A DNA stretch of 64,000 bases, taken from positions 2,550 through 66,549 of the forward strand of contig CAZQUN010000003.1 in NCBI GenBank assembly GCA_964596615.1, given 5' to 3'. The notes beneath the pieces are model-generated. The model searched no databases. It was not told the origin of the DNA and was given only the letters and a program-made list of their open reading frames with translations. How positions within the stretch are numbered: the first letter of the stretch is position 1; every line of letters begins with the position of its first letter. Position numbers and translations under genes: made by a program. Source of the DNA: an uncultured Candidatus Saccharibacteria bacterium. Lineage in GTDB: Bacteria; Patescibacteriota; Minisyncoccia; Portnoybacterales; UBA2143. Below are positions 1-9,949 of the stretch, in pieces.

Positions 1-1399
1 CCATCAACGGTTGGCCCGCCGGTTTTTTCATAAAACCAGGATATTTTTTCAGCTGAAGTCGGAAAATCAGGAAACCAATTGGCATCATGCATTGACCAGG
101 CCGTGCTGACTTTCTGGATTGGCCGGGGTGGAATAATTTTCTCATGAAGCTGACCATCAGCATTATATACCCCATCAACAAAAAGATTAGTCATTTCTCC
201 CCGGTCTAATTCCAAAAGCCCGTAGGTGCCAATAAATCCGCCGGTTGCTCTAATTTCGCTGTTATTCTGGAAAATTAAGAGGTACTGACGAGGATTATTA
301 TGTCCTAAAATCTTAAGAAAAGCAGCGGAATAATCCAGGGCTCCTTCGAGCATTTCTTCAACCAAGGGAAGTTTTTCGCCCAAGGAAACAACTTCCGGCT
401 GAATTTCATCCGGCAAAGCATCAATTTTAACCTGACGGAGTTCCTCTATGGCAACTTCAATATCTTTTAAGGCTGTTTCTAAATTACTCTGGCTCAGAGC
501 AATTTTTTCTGTTAAATATTCCTGGCCTTCTTCTTTTGAGGCCAAGACATTATCAGATGAAGGCGTTTCAATTAATTCAAATAAATTACCAAAGGAAAAT
601 AGCTGGATAGCGGAAGACAAGGTCTGGCCGGCATCAGCCAGGTTTTCCCCAACCTTAACCAAGTGACTTCCTGAAGAAACTAGGGAACCGCCCGGTAATT
701 TGCCCAAAATACCAACGGTCAGCCGGCCAAGTTTGTTAATCTCATTCTGGGTTTCCAAAAAGTCAGCATGGGCCAGATTAAAATTCTTCTCAGCTGTTTC
801 AAAATCAGCTTTTTCCAGAGATTCCTTAGCCATTAAAAGATTCTGGTAGGCAGATGAGCCACTACCTAAAACCTCATCCTTAATTTCAAGACCCTGGCTT
901 AACCAGGTGAAAATAGGGATAAGGAGGGCAATAAGAAATCCGGTTATTAAAAACCTGGGTATTGACCAAGAAGAAATTTTATCTATAACCGGTTCCTTTG
1001 ATTCAACAACTGGCTGAGGATATTCCTGAGAAGCAACCTCGGGGAAATAGAAGTCGGATGCTTCGGGATGAATTTCTTCTGGTTTTTCCTCTTTTTCTTT
1101 AACTATTTCAACCGGTTTAATTTCAGGCAAACTATCAAGGACTTCCATTTCACTCGCTAATTCTGCTATAGCTTTTTCTCTGGTCATTTCTTCTTCAAAA
1201 ACAATCCTTTCTTCTATAATCTCCCTAGCTGGCTTTATTTTAATCGCCTTTTCTTTTCTTTCAGTTTCTCCTTCTGTTTCAGCTTCTCTTAAATCAACTA
1301 ATCCTTTAACCTGCTTTATTCTTTCCACATCCAAATTCCCCCTTTCTGTAACGGGCCTGACATCAAAGAGGGCTGATGAAATGTTTATTTTCCTCCTCA
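1..1399 (-). CDS. Large membrane-anchored extracytoplasmic protein, DUF4012-like (partial; C-terminus lies beyond window start)
   Basis: Minus-strand frame is open from ATG (rc of cat at 1397-1399) to position 1. Translation begins MRRKINISSAL..., has one TM helix (FLITGFLIALLIPIFTWL) and a motif QYLLIFQNNSEIRATGGFIGTYG that resembles DUF4012 proteins. No complete minus ORF is reported here, consistent with a gene running off the edge. Confidence 0.55.
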
Positions 1400-1542
1400 T
1401 ATACCCAAAAAGTCCCCTCTTAAGAGGTTTGCCTCCTAATTATATCATACTTTCTAAATCTCCCTATCCACAATCAATCCACAATTGAAAACGCCGCTTA
1501 TTAAGCGGCCTTTTCTATTTTTGGCTTTGTTATCTAGCCACG

Positions 1543-1911
1543 TTATGGTCTAATCTTTTTGGGCACTAAAACAACCTTAATACTAGCGTCTGCTTCTGTA
1601 GATAGAAGAAGTTGGATGATTCTACCCGACTCTATAGACACACGAACGCACATCTCAATTCTCTCTATTCCGACATCGCGTAATTTAAGAGCCGAAATAA
1701 ATTTATCTAGTTCTAGGGACGTGAAAAAATCTGCTATACCTAAACCCGCTGCGTGAACATCCATCCTATCCCACGGAATCTGTCTCCCGGGTATTGGAAA
1801 TAACAACATTACTTTTGGTTCAGGATTTTCTGCTTCCTGTTCTTCTGCCTTGCTCACCGAAGGACAGAGAAAAAAGACCAAGATAATAAGTATGATTGTT
1901 TTTCTAAACAT
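1543..1911 (-). CDS. Small secreted protein (signal peptide), hypothetical
   Basis: 122 aa; N-terminal MFRKTIILIILVFFLCPSVSKA looks like a signal peptide. Strong SD: AAGGAGG sits 6 nt upstream of the ATG on the minus strand. Confidence 0.5.
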   Translation of the reverse strand: MFRKTIILIILVFFLCPSVSKAEEQEAENPEPKVMLLFPIPGRQIPWDRMDVHAAGLGIADFFTSLELDKFISALKLRDVGIERIEMCVRVSIESGRIIQLLLSTEADASIKVVLVPKKIRP

Positions 1912-1958
1912 TTTATTCCTCCTTCGTCTCTAAGGTTGTAGGATAGAAAAAAATCTGC

Positions 1959-3056
1959 CTATGGCTTTAAAGAACTATAAACCCCCATCATTTCCTTCCC
2001 CATTCTTTGCCAACTATACTCCTTTATCTTTTCCTTTCCCAGGGAAATCATTTTCTTTTGAAGTTTTTTATCTTCTAAAACTTGTTTAATTTTTCCTGCT
2101 ATTTCTTCAGGATTCTCCGGATTGAAATATATGACAGCATCTCCTAAAATCTCCGGTAGACAGGTTGCTGATGATGAAATCACGGGAAGATTATGAGCTA
2201 TGGCTTCCAGGGGCGGCAGACCGAATCCTTCACAAAGAGATGGAAAGATGTATAAAGAAGCATTTTGATAAAGAGAAGTTAATTCCTCGTCAGAAACAAA
2301 ATCGGTTAAAATAATGTCTTTTTCTTTTTCAAGCCGGTTGTAGAAGTAATCCAATTCGCCAACCAAAACTAATTGCAAATCCTTTTCTTTTTTCAATTCC
2401 TTAAAAGCCAAAATCAATTTTTCCAGATTCTTATGCGGATAGGCATTACCAACATAAAGCAGATACGGTTTTGAGATTCCTTCTGGCCGTTTTTGAAGAT
2501 TAGATACAGACTCAGGGGCTCCTTCGTAAATAACATCTATTTTCTCAGGATTAACCTTAAAGTAATCAAGAATATCTTTCTTAGTATAATTCGAAACAGC
2601 AATAATTTTTTTAGCCCGTTTAACAGCGGAATTAATAACCAGGTGGTAAGCTGTTTTTTTAAGCCAGTAAAAAAATGGATGAAGAGTTGAGGCTCTTTTT
2701 GTTGGAAATCTTTTTAAAATTAAATCGTGGATGGTAACAACAAAAGGAACCGGACAAAACAAAGGAACATTAAAATGAGGGAAATGAACCAAATCAACTT
2801 TGTTTTGCCAGATTTTTATTGGTAGAAATATTTGTTCCTTAAATCCGTACCATTTAGTATCTGATAAAACTTTTTTGAAGTTAGGATTTTTTGGCTGGTA
2901 TTCATCCCAGTTTTCTCTCCGAAGAAAAACAACGTATTGATTTTCATTATCAACCCTTTCTAATTCCTGGATTAGTTTTTCAACATAGCGGCCTAAACCT
3001 TTTTGTCTTGGTCCGTAGAATCGAGCATCAATACCAATTTTTAGTTGTTTTTTCAT
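1959..3056 (-). CDS. Glycosyltransferase family 1 (GT4-type, GT-B fold)
   Basis: EGFGLPPLEAIAHNLPVISS motif (E-x7-E region of GT4). Start probably at the internal MKKQLKIGIDARFYG. Confidence 0.85.
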   Translation of the reverse strand: MKKQLKIGIDARFYGPRQKGLGRYVEKLIQELERVDNENQYVVFLRRENWDEYQPKNPNFKKVLSDTKWYGFKEQIFLPIKIWQNKVDLVHFPHFNVPLFCPVPFVVTIHDLILKRFPTKRASTLHPFFYWLKKTAYHLVINSAVKRAKKIIAVSNYTKKDILDYFKVNPEKIDVIYEGAPESVSNLQKRPEGISKPYLLYVGNAYPHKNLEKLILAFKELKKEKDLQLVLVGELDYFYNRLEKEKDIILTDFVSDEELTSLYQNASLYIFPSLCEGFGLPPLEAIAHNLPVISSSATCLPEILGDAVIYFNPENPEEIAGKIKQVLEDKKLQKKMISLGKEKIKEYSWQRMGKEMMGVYSSLKP

Positions 3057-4183
3057 TTTGTTAAAACCCCTAATGTCTCTCTGGCGCATTTTTGCCAGGA
3101 AAACTTTTTGGCCCGTTCTAGGCCTTTTTTTGTTAAATGATTCCTTAAATCGTTATCAGTCAAAACTGTCTCCATGGCCCAGGCCAGTTCATCAATATTT
3201 AATGGATTAATCATCAGGGCACCGTCCCCAACCACCTCCGGCAAAGACGAATTATTCGAAACAATTGTTGGCAGTCCACAGGCCATGGCTTCTAAAGGCG
3301 GAAAGCCAAATCCTTCAAAAAAACTCGGGTAGATAAATAATTCGGCCAGACCATACAAAACGGGCTTATCCTTTTCATCAACAAAACCAGTAAAAGCAAT
3401 ATCATCCCTGTATTTTGACTGATTGACTGCCTTGAAAACATCTTTGTAAAGCCATCCTTTTGTTCCGGCAATAACCAATCTGATTAATTGTTTTTTTCTG
3501 ACTGATTCAAAAGCTTTAATTAAACCGATTAGATTCTTTCTCGGTTCAATTGTGCCAAAGTAGAGAATGAATTTATCAGGCAGATTATACTTCCCCCTAA
3601 TTTCTTCTTCTTTTTCCCTATTCTCCCCTGGTTTAAATTGTTCTCCAACCCCGGAATAAATTACCTTAATTTTTTCTTCTTTAATCTGATAAAGATTAAT
3701 TAAATCGGTTTTGGTTGAGTTTGAGACGGCAATAATCTTATCAGCTCCCCGAGCTTCTTTTCTGGTTTTCATTAAAAACCTTTGCCATAATCTTTTTCGC
3801 CAGGAAAAAAATTCTGGATAATGAATGAAAGATAAATCATGAAAAGTCATTATCTTTCTGCATTTCAAAGAAACCGGCGAAACAAAGAAATGGGGATTGA
3901 AATATGCTTCAATTCCTTTAAGAAGTTTATCAATTCTGGGTCGGTTGAAATATGTGGCCGAAGTAAAAAAAAGACGATTAGGAATCTTAAAATCCTTTAA
4001 CTCAACATTATCAAGAGAAAGCCAGGGATAATCCAAATTAACTTTTCGCAGAGCATTGTAGAAAAGATGGTAATTGGCTTTAGATTCCAGAGGAAGAAGA
4101 TAAGATAAAAGATTAATTACATATTCCTCTACTCCGGTCCTGGCACCGCGGGCTAAAACCCTGATATCAATACCGATGTTCAT
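3053..4183 (-). CDS. Glycosyltransferase family 1 (GT4-type)
   Basis: EGFGFPPLEAMACGLPTIVS motif. Start probably at the internal MNIGIDIRVLARG. Confidence 0.85.
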   Translation of the reverse strand: MNIGIDIRVLARGARTGVEEYVINLLSYLLPLESKANYHLFYNALRKVNLDYPWLSLDNVELKDFKIPNRLFFTSATYFNRPRIDKLLKGIEAYFNPHFFVSPVSLKCRKIMTFHDLSFIHYPEFFSWRKRLWQRFLMKTRKEARGADKIIAVSNSTKTDLINLYQIKEEKIKVIYSGVGEQFKPGENREKEEEIRGKYNLPDKFILYFGTIEPRKNLIGLIKAFESVRKKQLIRLVIAGTKGWLYKDVFKAVNQSKYRDDIAFTGFVDEKDKPVLYGLAELFIYPSFFEGFGFPPLEAMACGLPTIVSNNSSLPEVVGDGALMINPLNIDELAWAMETVLTDNDLRNHLTKKGLERAKKFSWQKCARETLGVLTK

Positions 4184-5252
4184 TAATAAATTTCTTAATT
4201 TTTTCCTTAAATTTTTCTTTGTCAAATTCAAGGGCTCTTTCTCTGATTTCTTCCGGATCAAAATCATTCGGATTAAAATCTTTTAATACTTTAATTAACT
4301 CTTCTGTTTTTTGTTTTTTAAAAAACAAGCCGGTTAATCCTGGCTGAATAATTTCCAGGGCACCGCCTGACTGATAAGCAATAACCGGTCGGCCGGAAGC
4401 CATTGATTCAAGAGCAGTAATGCCAAAATCTTCTTCCTGGGGAAAAATCATTGCCCGGGAATGAGCGTAATAGTATTTGAGGAGGTCGTCGGAAACCAAG
4501 CCAACAAATTCAATGTTTTTTTTGGCAATTTTGGTCAATCTTTTTCTGTCCGGACCATCGCCAATAATTTTCAACGGCCAACCAAGTTGATTAAAAGCCT
4601 TAATAGCCAGGTCGAAGCGCTTGTAGGGAAGGAACCGGCCAACCATTAAAAAGTAATCTTCTGGTTTCTGGGCAATGTAGAAAAGATTGGCTTTGACCGG
4701 CGGATGAATAACTTCTGAATCCCTTTGATAATATTTTCTTATCCTTTTTTTAACAAAATGGGAATTGGCAATAAAGGCATCGACCCGGCAGGAGGCCTTT
4801 TCATCCCAGAGTCTAATATAGTTCATGAAAAAAGGAATTAGTTTTTTAATCGGTCCAGGATAACCAAATTCTTCAATGTATTTATGGGAATCATCCCAGG
4901 CATAACGAATCGGAGTATGACAATAGCAAATATGAAGGGTTTGGGGACCGGTAATAATTCCCTTGGCGTAACTGGCTGAATCAGATAAAACCAAATCAAA
5001 ATCAGAAAAATCAAACTGTTCAACAGCAATTGGCATCAGCATTAAAAAAGGACGGTGATGGGATTTAACCAAAGGAACTCTTTGAAGAAATGAAGTCTTA
5101 ATTTTTCTTCCTTCAAAAGCATAACCGGTTCTCTTTTTATCATAAAGCAGGGTATAAATTGGCGCTTTGGGATAAATTTCAAGAAAGGCCTCCAAAACCC
5201 TTTCTGCCCCTCCATACTGATTGAGGTAGTCGTGAACCAGGGCAACTTTCAT
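4167..5252 (-). CDS. Glycosyltransferase family 1 (GT4-type)
   Basis: DFGITALESMASGRPVIAYQSGG motif; N-terminal MKVALVHDYL is typical of GT4. Confidence 0.85.
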   Translation of the reverse strand: MKVALVHDYLNQYGGAERVLEAFLEIYPKAPIYTLLYDKKRTGYAFEGRKIKTSFLQRVPLVKSHHRPFLMLMPIAVEQFDFSDFDLVLSDSASYAKGIITGPQTLHICYCHTPIRYAWDDSHKYIEEFGYPGPIKKLIPFFMNYIRLWDEKASCRVDAFIANSHFVKKRIRKYYQRDSEVIHPPVKANLFYIAQKPEDYFLMVGRFLPYKRFDLAIKAFNQLGWPLKIIGDGPDRKRLTKIAKKNIEFVGLVSDDLLKYYYAHSRAMIFPQEEDFGITALESMASGRPVIAYQSGGALEIIQPGLTGLFFKKQKTEELIKVLKDFNPNDFDPEEIRERALEFDKEKFKEKIKKFINEHRY

Positions 5253-5255
5253 ATA

Positions 5256-6644
5256 TTACTGAGCAGATTTATCCCGAAACAAAACAATCCAGGTCCTTAA
5301 AAATATTTTCAAATCCATTAGCAAGGACCAGTTTTCAACATAATAGGTATCTAATTTAATTTCTTCTTCAAAAGGCAAATCGGAACTGCCGGAGATTTGG
5401 GCAAAACCGGTCATACCTGATTTTATCGCCAAAACCTTCTTATGATGTTTTTCGTATTTGGCAATCTCATCCGGCTGATGGGGCCTTGGCCCAACCAAGC
5501 TCATTTCCCCTTTTAAAACATTGATTAACTGGGGAAATTCATCAATCCGATATTTCCTTAAGAAACGGCCAACTCTTGTTATTCTTGGATCATCCCTCAT
5601 TTTAAACAAGGGTCCTTCTTTTCTTTCATTGTAATCCCAGAGAAACCTTTTTAAATCTTCGGCTCCTTTAATCATGGAGCGGAATTTGTAAAGATTAAAT
5701 TCATTCCCCTGGCTGATTCTTTTTAATTTCTTAAAGACCGGTCCCTTGGAATCCCACTTGATAATGAAGGCGACTAAGAGGAAAAAAGGAGAAAGAATAA
5801 TTAGGCCAAGCAGAGAACCAATGAAATCAGTAATTCTTTTAATAATCCTCCCCCAGCCATCGAGGGTAGTTCTTTTTAATTCAACCAAAGGAACATCACC
5901 CAATGTTTCAACCGTAGCGTTGCTCGTTAAGGTCTGAAAAAGATTAGGAACAAACTTAAAGGTTAAGTGATTATCTTCGCAGAAATTAACTAATTCCAAA
6001 ATCTTTTCTTTGGGCCAGTCCGGATCAGCCAGAATAACTTCCTCAACACCAGGATTACTAACTTTGTTTTTAATTTCGTTAATATCAGGCTCGATTAAAT
6101 TAGTCACTAAATAATATCCCCAGATGGGCTGGTTTTTAATCTGATTGATAATCTTTTGACTAATACCGTCCTTTCCAACAACCAGAACCCGGCGAGAACC
6201 AAAATGATATTTTCTCATTAAATACCTCTGCCAACGATTAACCAAAAAACGACCAAGAGAAACAAAAACAATCGCTATTAACCAACCGGCTAAAACCAGG
6301 AACCGGGAATTGAATAATTCCTGGCGAAGGAAAATGTAGAAGACCAAAACAAAAACTCCGGCTGAAACACCGATAATGACTTTAAGAAGATCATCTAAAA
6401 GGATTCTTCTAACCTGAATTCGATAAAGTCCAACTAAGGCAAAGACAAAGAGTAGAAAAAGAGAAACCCCGGCAATCAGGGCAAAATACCGGTTAAAAGG
6501 CAAACTTAAATTAAAAAGCACCGGTCGGTATTGAACAACCATCGGACTAGTTCGCAGAAAATATGTAAAAAGCCCTGCCCCTAGAAGCATTAGAAAATCC
6601 AAAGGCGGCAGAATTGCTGTAAAGATTAATTCTGGCTTCTTCAT
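5256..6644 (-). CDS. Polyprenyl-phosphate sugar phosphotransferase (bacterial sugar transferase, WbaP/CpsE-like priming enzyme)
   Basis: N-terminal TM helices; C-terminal GPLFKMRDDPRITRVGRFLRKYRIDEFPQLINVLKGEMSLVGPRP, the bacterial sugar transferase signature. Confidence 0.85.
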   Translation of the reverse strand: MKKPELIFTAILPPLDFLMLLGAGLFTYFLRTSPMVVQYRPVLFNLSLPFNRYFALIAGVSLFLLFVFALVGLYRIQVRRILLDDLLKVIIGVSAGVFVLVFYIFLRQELFNSRFLVLAGWLIAIVFVSLGRFLVNRWQRYLMRKYHFGSRRVLVVGKDGISQKIINQIKNQPIWGYYLVTNLIEPDINEIKNKVSNPGVEEVILADPDWPKEKILELVNFCEDNHLTFKFVPNLFQTLTSNATVETLGDVPLVELKRTTLDGWGRIIKRITDFIGSLLGLIILSPFFLLVAFIIKWDSKGPVFKKLKRISQGNEFNLYKFRSMIKGAEDLKRFLWDYNERKEGPLFKMRDDPRITRVGRFLRKYRIDEFPQLINVLKGEMSLVGPRPHQPDEIAKYEKHHKKVLAIKSGMTGFAQISGSSDLPFEEEIKLDTYYVENWSLLMDLKIFLRTWIVLFRDKSAQ

Positions 6645-6682
6645 TATCTTAATACTAGTTAATTAAGCCGGAAAAAGCAACA

Positions 6683-6710
6683 AAAAAATCCCGTTTCAAC
6701 GGGGTTTTCT
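6683..6710 (-). terminator. Rho-independent terminator downstream of rnpB
   Basis: Minus strand reads CCCCGTT gaaa AACGGG followed by a T-run. Confidence 0.6.
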
Positions 6711-7052
6711 TGTGTCCAAGCAAGCCGTAAGCCGGGTTCTGTCTTGGATAGTCATCTATCTGGGATCAATATTACTATTGACCTCAAGCGAGCTACTTTT
6801 TTCCGCCAAAGGCGGATTTGCTCTTGCACCAGGCAGGGTTTACCACGTCTCAGCATCTCTGCCGGACGAGAGGAGTTAATCCTCACTTTTCACCTTTCCT
6901 CCCTTTAGGAGAGTACCCCTAAAGCGAAGTAGTATTGTCTCTGTGGCACTTTCCCTATTCTCACGAACGGTGGGCGTTACCCACTGCCACTTAGTGGTGC
7001 CCGGACTTTCCTCCCCCAATGGAGGGCGACTATCTAACTTACTTGGACAACT
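6711..7052 (-). ncRNA. rnpB: RNase P RNA (bacterial type A)
   Basis: Minus strand contains the universal P4 strands GGAGGAAAGTCCGGGC and ACAGAACCCGGCTTA. P1 helix: 5' TTGTCCAAGTAAG pairs with 3' CTTGCTTGGACA. No ORF over this stretch. Confidence 0.85.
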
Positions 7053-7057
7053 CCATT

Positions 7058-7086
7058 CTATCATAAATATCGCTTTTGTCAATATT
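7058..7086 (-). promoter_or_regulatory. Sigma70-like promoter for rnpB (TTGACA-16-TAGAAT)
   Basis: Minus strand: TTGACAaaagcgatatttatgaTAGAAT, about 7 nt upstream of the predicted P1 5' end. Confidence 0.5.
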
Positions 7087-7135
7087 AAGAAGCGGCGTCC
7101 GTAGACACCGCTCCGATAGAGTCATTTTTCGACTC

Positions 7136-7657
7136 CTACAAACGATCAAATACCAATAGAATATCCCGGATTTCACTAATTTTACCATCTCCGTCTCTCA
7201 CTGTCAGAACCTCTTCCTTAATCTGTTTTTCTATCGCCTCTATCTCTCCTTCAATCGCGCCTATAACAATCTGTAGCGATTCTTTGGTATAAGGATTTTT
7301 TACATCCTTTATTTTTTCTCCAAGACGAATCAGGAATCTGTCTTGAAATATTATTCTGTCATCTTCTCTGATCCGTTTTTCAAAAGTAGTTTTCTGTTTT
7401 TCTATCGCCTGATAAAAAAACTTCAACGATTCGATTATAAGTTTACTTTTTTTCGATATAGCCTCTTGATCGGTTTCGCTGATAACAGACTCTTCCGTAA
7501 TTATAATACCTGCTTCTTCAAGGTGTTTTTCTGCTTCCTCTTGGTGTAAGCGAAGAACTACACAACTTTTACAACAGCTTCCTCCGATCTCCAGTAAGCC
7601 ACCTCCTTCAACATCCGGTCTTATCTGGCATGCTTCATTAATAATCCAACATTTCAT
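7136..7657 (-). CDS. Hypothetical protein with N-terminal Cys cluster (C3,C10,C28,C29,C32) and coiled-coil C-terminus
   Basis: 173 aa; SD GGAGGAG upstream; no recognisable family. Confidence 0.5.
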   Translation of the reverse strand: MKCWIINEACQIRPDVEGGGLLEIGGSCCKSCVVLRLHQEEAEKHLEEAGIIITEESVISETDQEAISKKSKLIIESLKFFYQAIEKQKTTFEKRIREDDRIIFQDRFLIRLGEKIKDVKNPYTKESLQIVIGAIEGEIEAIEKQIKEEVLTVRDGDGKISEIRDILLVFDRL

Positions 7658-7712
7658 ATTTATCTCTCCTCCCGATTCTAAGAATATTTAATAGATATAT
7701 ATATTCACCTAT

Positions 7713-7738
7713 TAAAAAACAAGAGTTCCTCCTTGTTC
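7713..7738 (-). terminator. Rho-independent terminator downstream of rnhA
   Basis: Minus strand: AACAAG gaggaact CTTGTT followed by TTTTTT. Confidence 0.5.
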
Positions 7739-7768
7739 TAAATCTATCATAACTTAACAGATAGTCAA

Positions 7769-8200
7769 CTATAAAAGCTTTTGATTCTTCCCCTCGTTGT
7801 CCAGGGCTTCATTAAGCAATCGGTCAGCTTCTTTGTTTTCCTGCCTGGGAATATGACTAAAACCAACCTTCTTAAAATCAAGTATTAGATTAAGAATTTT
7901 AATAAAAAGCGGTTGAAGATCTTTTTCCTTAATTTTGTATTGGCGATTTAACTGCTTTGCTACTAATTCGCTGTCCATTAGTATCTCTATCTCCATTTCC
8001 TTGGTTTTCTTTTTACCAAAAAGGAGCTTGGCTTTTTTTAAGGCAAAAATAACTGCCTGATATTCAGCCTGATTATTAGTCATCTCCCCAACTACTTCGC
8101 CATATTTTTTAATTGCCTGGCCGTCTTTTGAAATGACGACTCCGATGGCAGCTGGCCCAGGATTCCCTCTTGAACCACCGTCGGTATAGATTTGTACCAT
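7769..8200 (-). CDS. rnhA: Ribonuclease HI
   Basis: IYTDGGSRGNPGPAAIGVV motif and a C-terminal ADRLLNEAL-type motif of the RNase H fold. Confidence 0.85.
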   Translation of the reverse strand: MVQIYTDGGSRGNPGPAAIGVVISKDGQAIKKYGEVVGEMTNNQAEYQAVIFALKKAKLLFGKKKTKEMEIEILMDSELVAKQLNRQYKIKEKDLQPLFIKILNLILDFKKVGFSHIPRQENKEADRLLNEALDNEGKNQKLL

Positions 8201-8202
8201 AA

Positions 8203-9945
8203 TTAATCTGTTAATTTTAAATCAATAATTTTTAGTTCTAAATCGCGACTGCCGTTCCATTCATTTAGGATAAACTCAAAAACAATATCAATCAAATCTC
8301 CTTTTTTTAATCCGCCTTCTTTTTCTCCCATGCCAAAGGCAATCGCTTTGAAATTTTTGGCTTTACTCCCATCAAAACAGATTAAATCAAGTTTCAAATG
8401 CCCCCCATTGTTACCAACCACTCTCAAATCCTTAACTTCCAATCCTTTGATTAAAAATCTTGGCTCCGAATTACCCCGGCCAAAAGGAGCGAATTTCTGA
8501 ATCTGGTCGTAATTTGACCAATTAATGTCATTCAGAGTCAGTTGAGCGTCAATTTTTACAGTCGAAATTAAATCTTCGGCTTTTAATTTCTTCTCTGCTT
8601 CTTTGATGAAAATATCTTTAACTTTTTTCAGATTTTCTTTTTTGACTCTGAAACCGGCTCCGCCCCTATGCCCGCCGTAATCATCTAAGAATTTAGCCGC
8701 TTTTTTAATTGGTCCCATTAAATCAAATTGGGGGATACTTCGACAGGAAGCATGGATTAAATCTCCTTTTTCATGATAAATTACTGCTGGTCGGCAATAT
8801 TTCTCCCGAACCTTGTTCGCCACCAGTCCAACCAGGCCAACTGGCCAATCAGGGCTGCCTTCAAAAATAGCTTTCCCTTTTAGAGGAGGGTTAAGACGGC
8901 TTTCTAATTCCTGAACAATCTTAAGGGTTAAATTCTGCCTTCTAGTATTTTTCTGGTTAAGAGCCATTGCCAGCCTATTAGCTTCTTTCCTGTTCTGGGT
9001 AGTCAGTAAATGAAAAGCGGCGTTGGCATGGTCCATTCGACTAGCGGCGTTCAATCGAGGACCAATGACAAAACCAAGAGTAGTCGCATTAAGATTGGTT
9101 ATCGGTGCTTCCCCATCCGTTGAGCGCTGGATTACCTTGGGTTCTACCCGGGCAGTTTTCATTAATTCTTTTAGTCCCGGTCTTTCGGTCTGAGCTAAAA
9201 CCCCTAAGCCGTATCTAACCATAGTTCTGTTTTCCCCGATAATTGGCATCATATCAACAACCGTTGCAATCGCAACTAAATCAAGGAGCCATTTTTTGAA
9301 CGGTTCTTTTTTGCCGTTCTTTAAATCCAGGAGCGCCCAAGAAAGTTTGTAAGCAACGCCGGCGCCGGAGAGTTTCTTAAAGGGATACTTGTCCTCTTTT
9401 TGAAGAGGATTAACCAGAGCCAGAGCTTTAGGTAATTTATCATGAACTTCGTGATGGTCGGTGATAATAACATCCAAGCCTAAAGAGTTAGCCAATTTAA
9501 CCTCCTCAAAATCAGTACTGCCGCAATCAACAGTGACAATTAATTTTACCCCTTTCCGGGCCAATTCTCTGACCGAATTTTCATTCAAGCCATGGTTTTC
9601 TTTTTCCCGGTTTGGAATATATGTATCAAGGCTCTTACAACCAAGTTTTTTTAAGGTTGAATACAAAATTACTGAAGCGCAAACCCCGTCAGTATCAAAA
9701 TCTCCGTAAACAGTGATTTTTTCTTTCTCTTCAATCGCCTTTGAAATCCTTTTGACCGCCTCTTTCATTCCTTTTAAAAGATAGGGGTCGTGAAAGTCCT
9801 GATGAAAATCAGGATGAAAAAACTCATCAATTGATTCCTGGGTTTTTAATCCCCGGCTATAGAGCAACTGGATAATTAAAGGAGAATATTCTGGAAATTG
9901 TTTCAAAAAAGCGCCAGGCGCTTTTGGTTGCACTTGCCATTTCAT
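8203..9945 (-). CDS. recJ: Single-stranded-DNA-specific exonuclease RecJ
   Basis: DHH family motifs (DFDTDGVCAS, VIITDHH); DHHA1-like C-terminus; 580 aa. Confidence 0.9.
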   Translation of the reverse strand: MKWQVQPKAPGAFLKQFPEYSPLIIQLLYSRGLKTQESIDEFFHPDFHQDFHDPYLLKGMKEAVKRISKAIEEKEKITVYGDFDTDGVCASVILYSTLKKLGCKSLDTYIPNREKENHGLNENSVRELARKGVKLIVTVDCGSTDFEEVKLANSLGLDVIITDHHEVHDKLPKALALVNPLQKEDKYPFKKLSGAGVAYKLSWALLDLKNGKKEPFKKWLLDLVAIATVVDMMPIIGENRTMVRYGLGVLAQTERPGLKELMKTARVEPKVIQRSTDGEAPITNLNATTLGFVIGPRLNAASRMDHANAAFHLLTTQNRKEANRLAMALNQKNTRRQNLTLKIVQELESRLNPPLKGKAIFEGSPDWPVGLVGLVANKVREKYCRPAVIYHEKGDLIHASCRSIPQFDLMGPIKKAAKFLDDYGGHRGGAGFRVKKENLKKVKDIFIKEAEKKLKAEDLISTVKIDAQLTLNDINWSNYDQIQKFAPFGRGNSEPRFLIKGLEVKDLRVVGNNGGHLKLDLICFDGSKAKNFKAIAFGMGEKEGGLKKGDLIDIVFEFILNEWNGSRDLELKIIDLKLTD

Positions 9946-9949
9946 ATTT

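Noticed and set aside
448-666. 72-aa plus-strand ORF
   Set aside because: Antisense within the long minus-strand DUF4012-like gene, which runs off the window edge and so is absent from the complete-ORF track.
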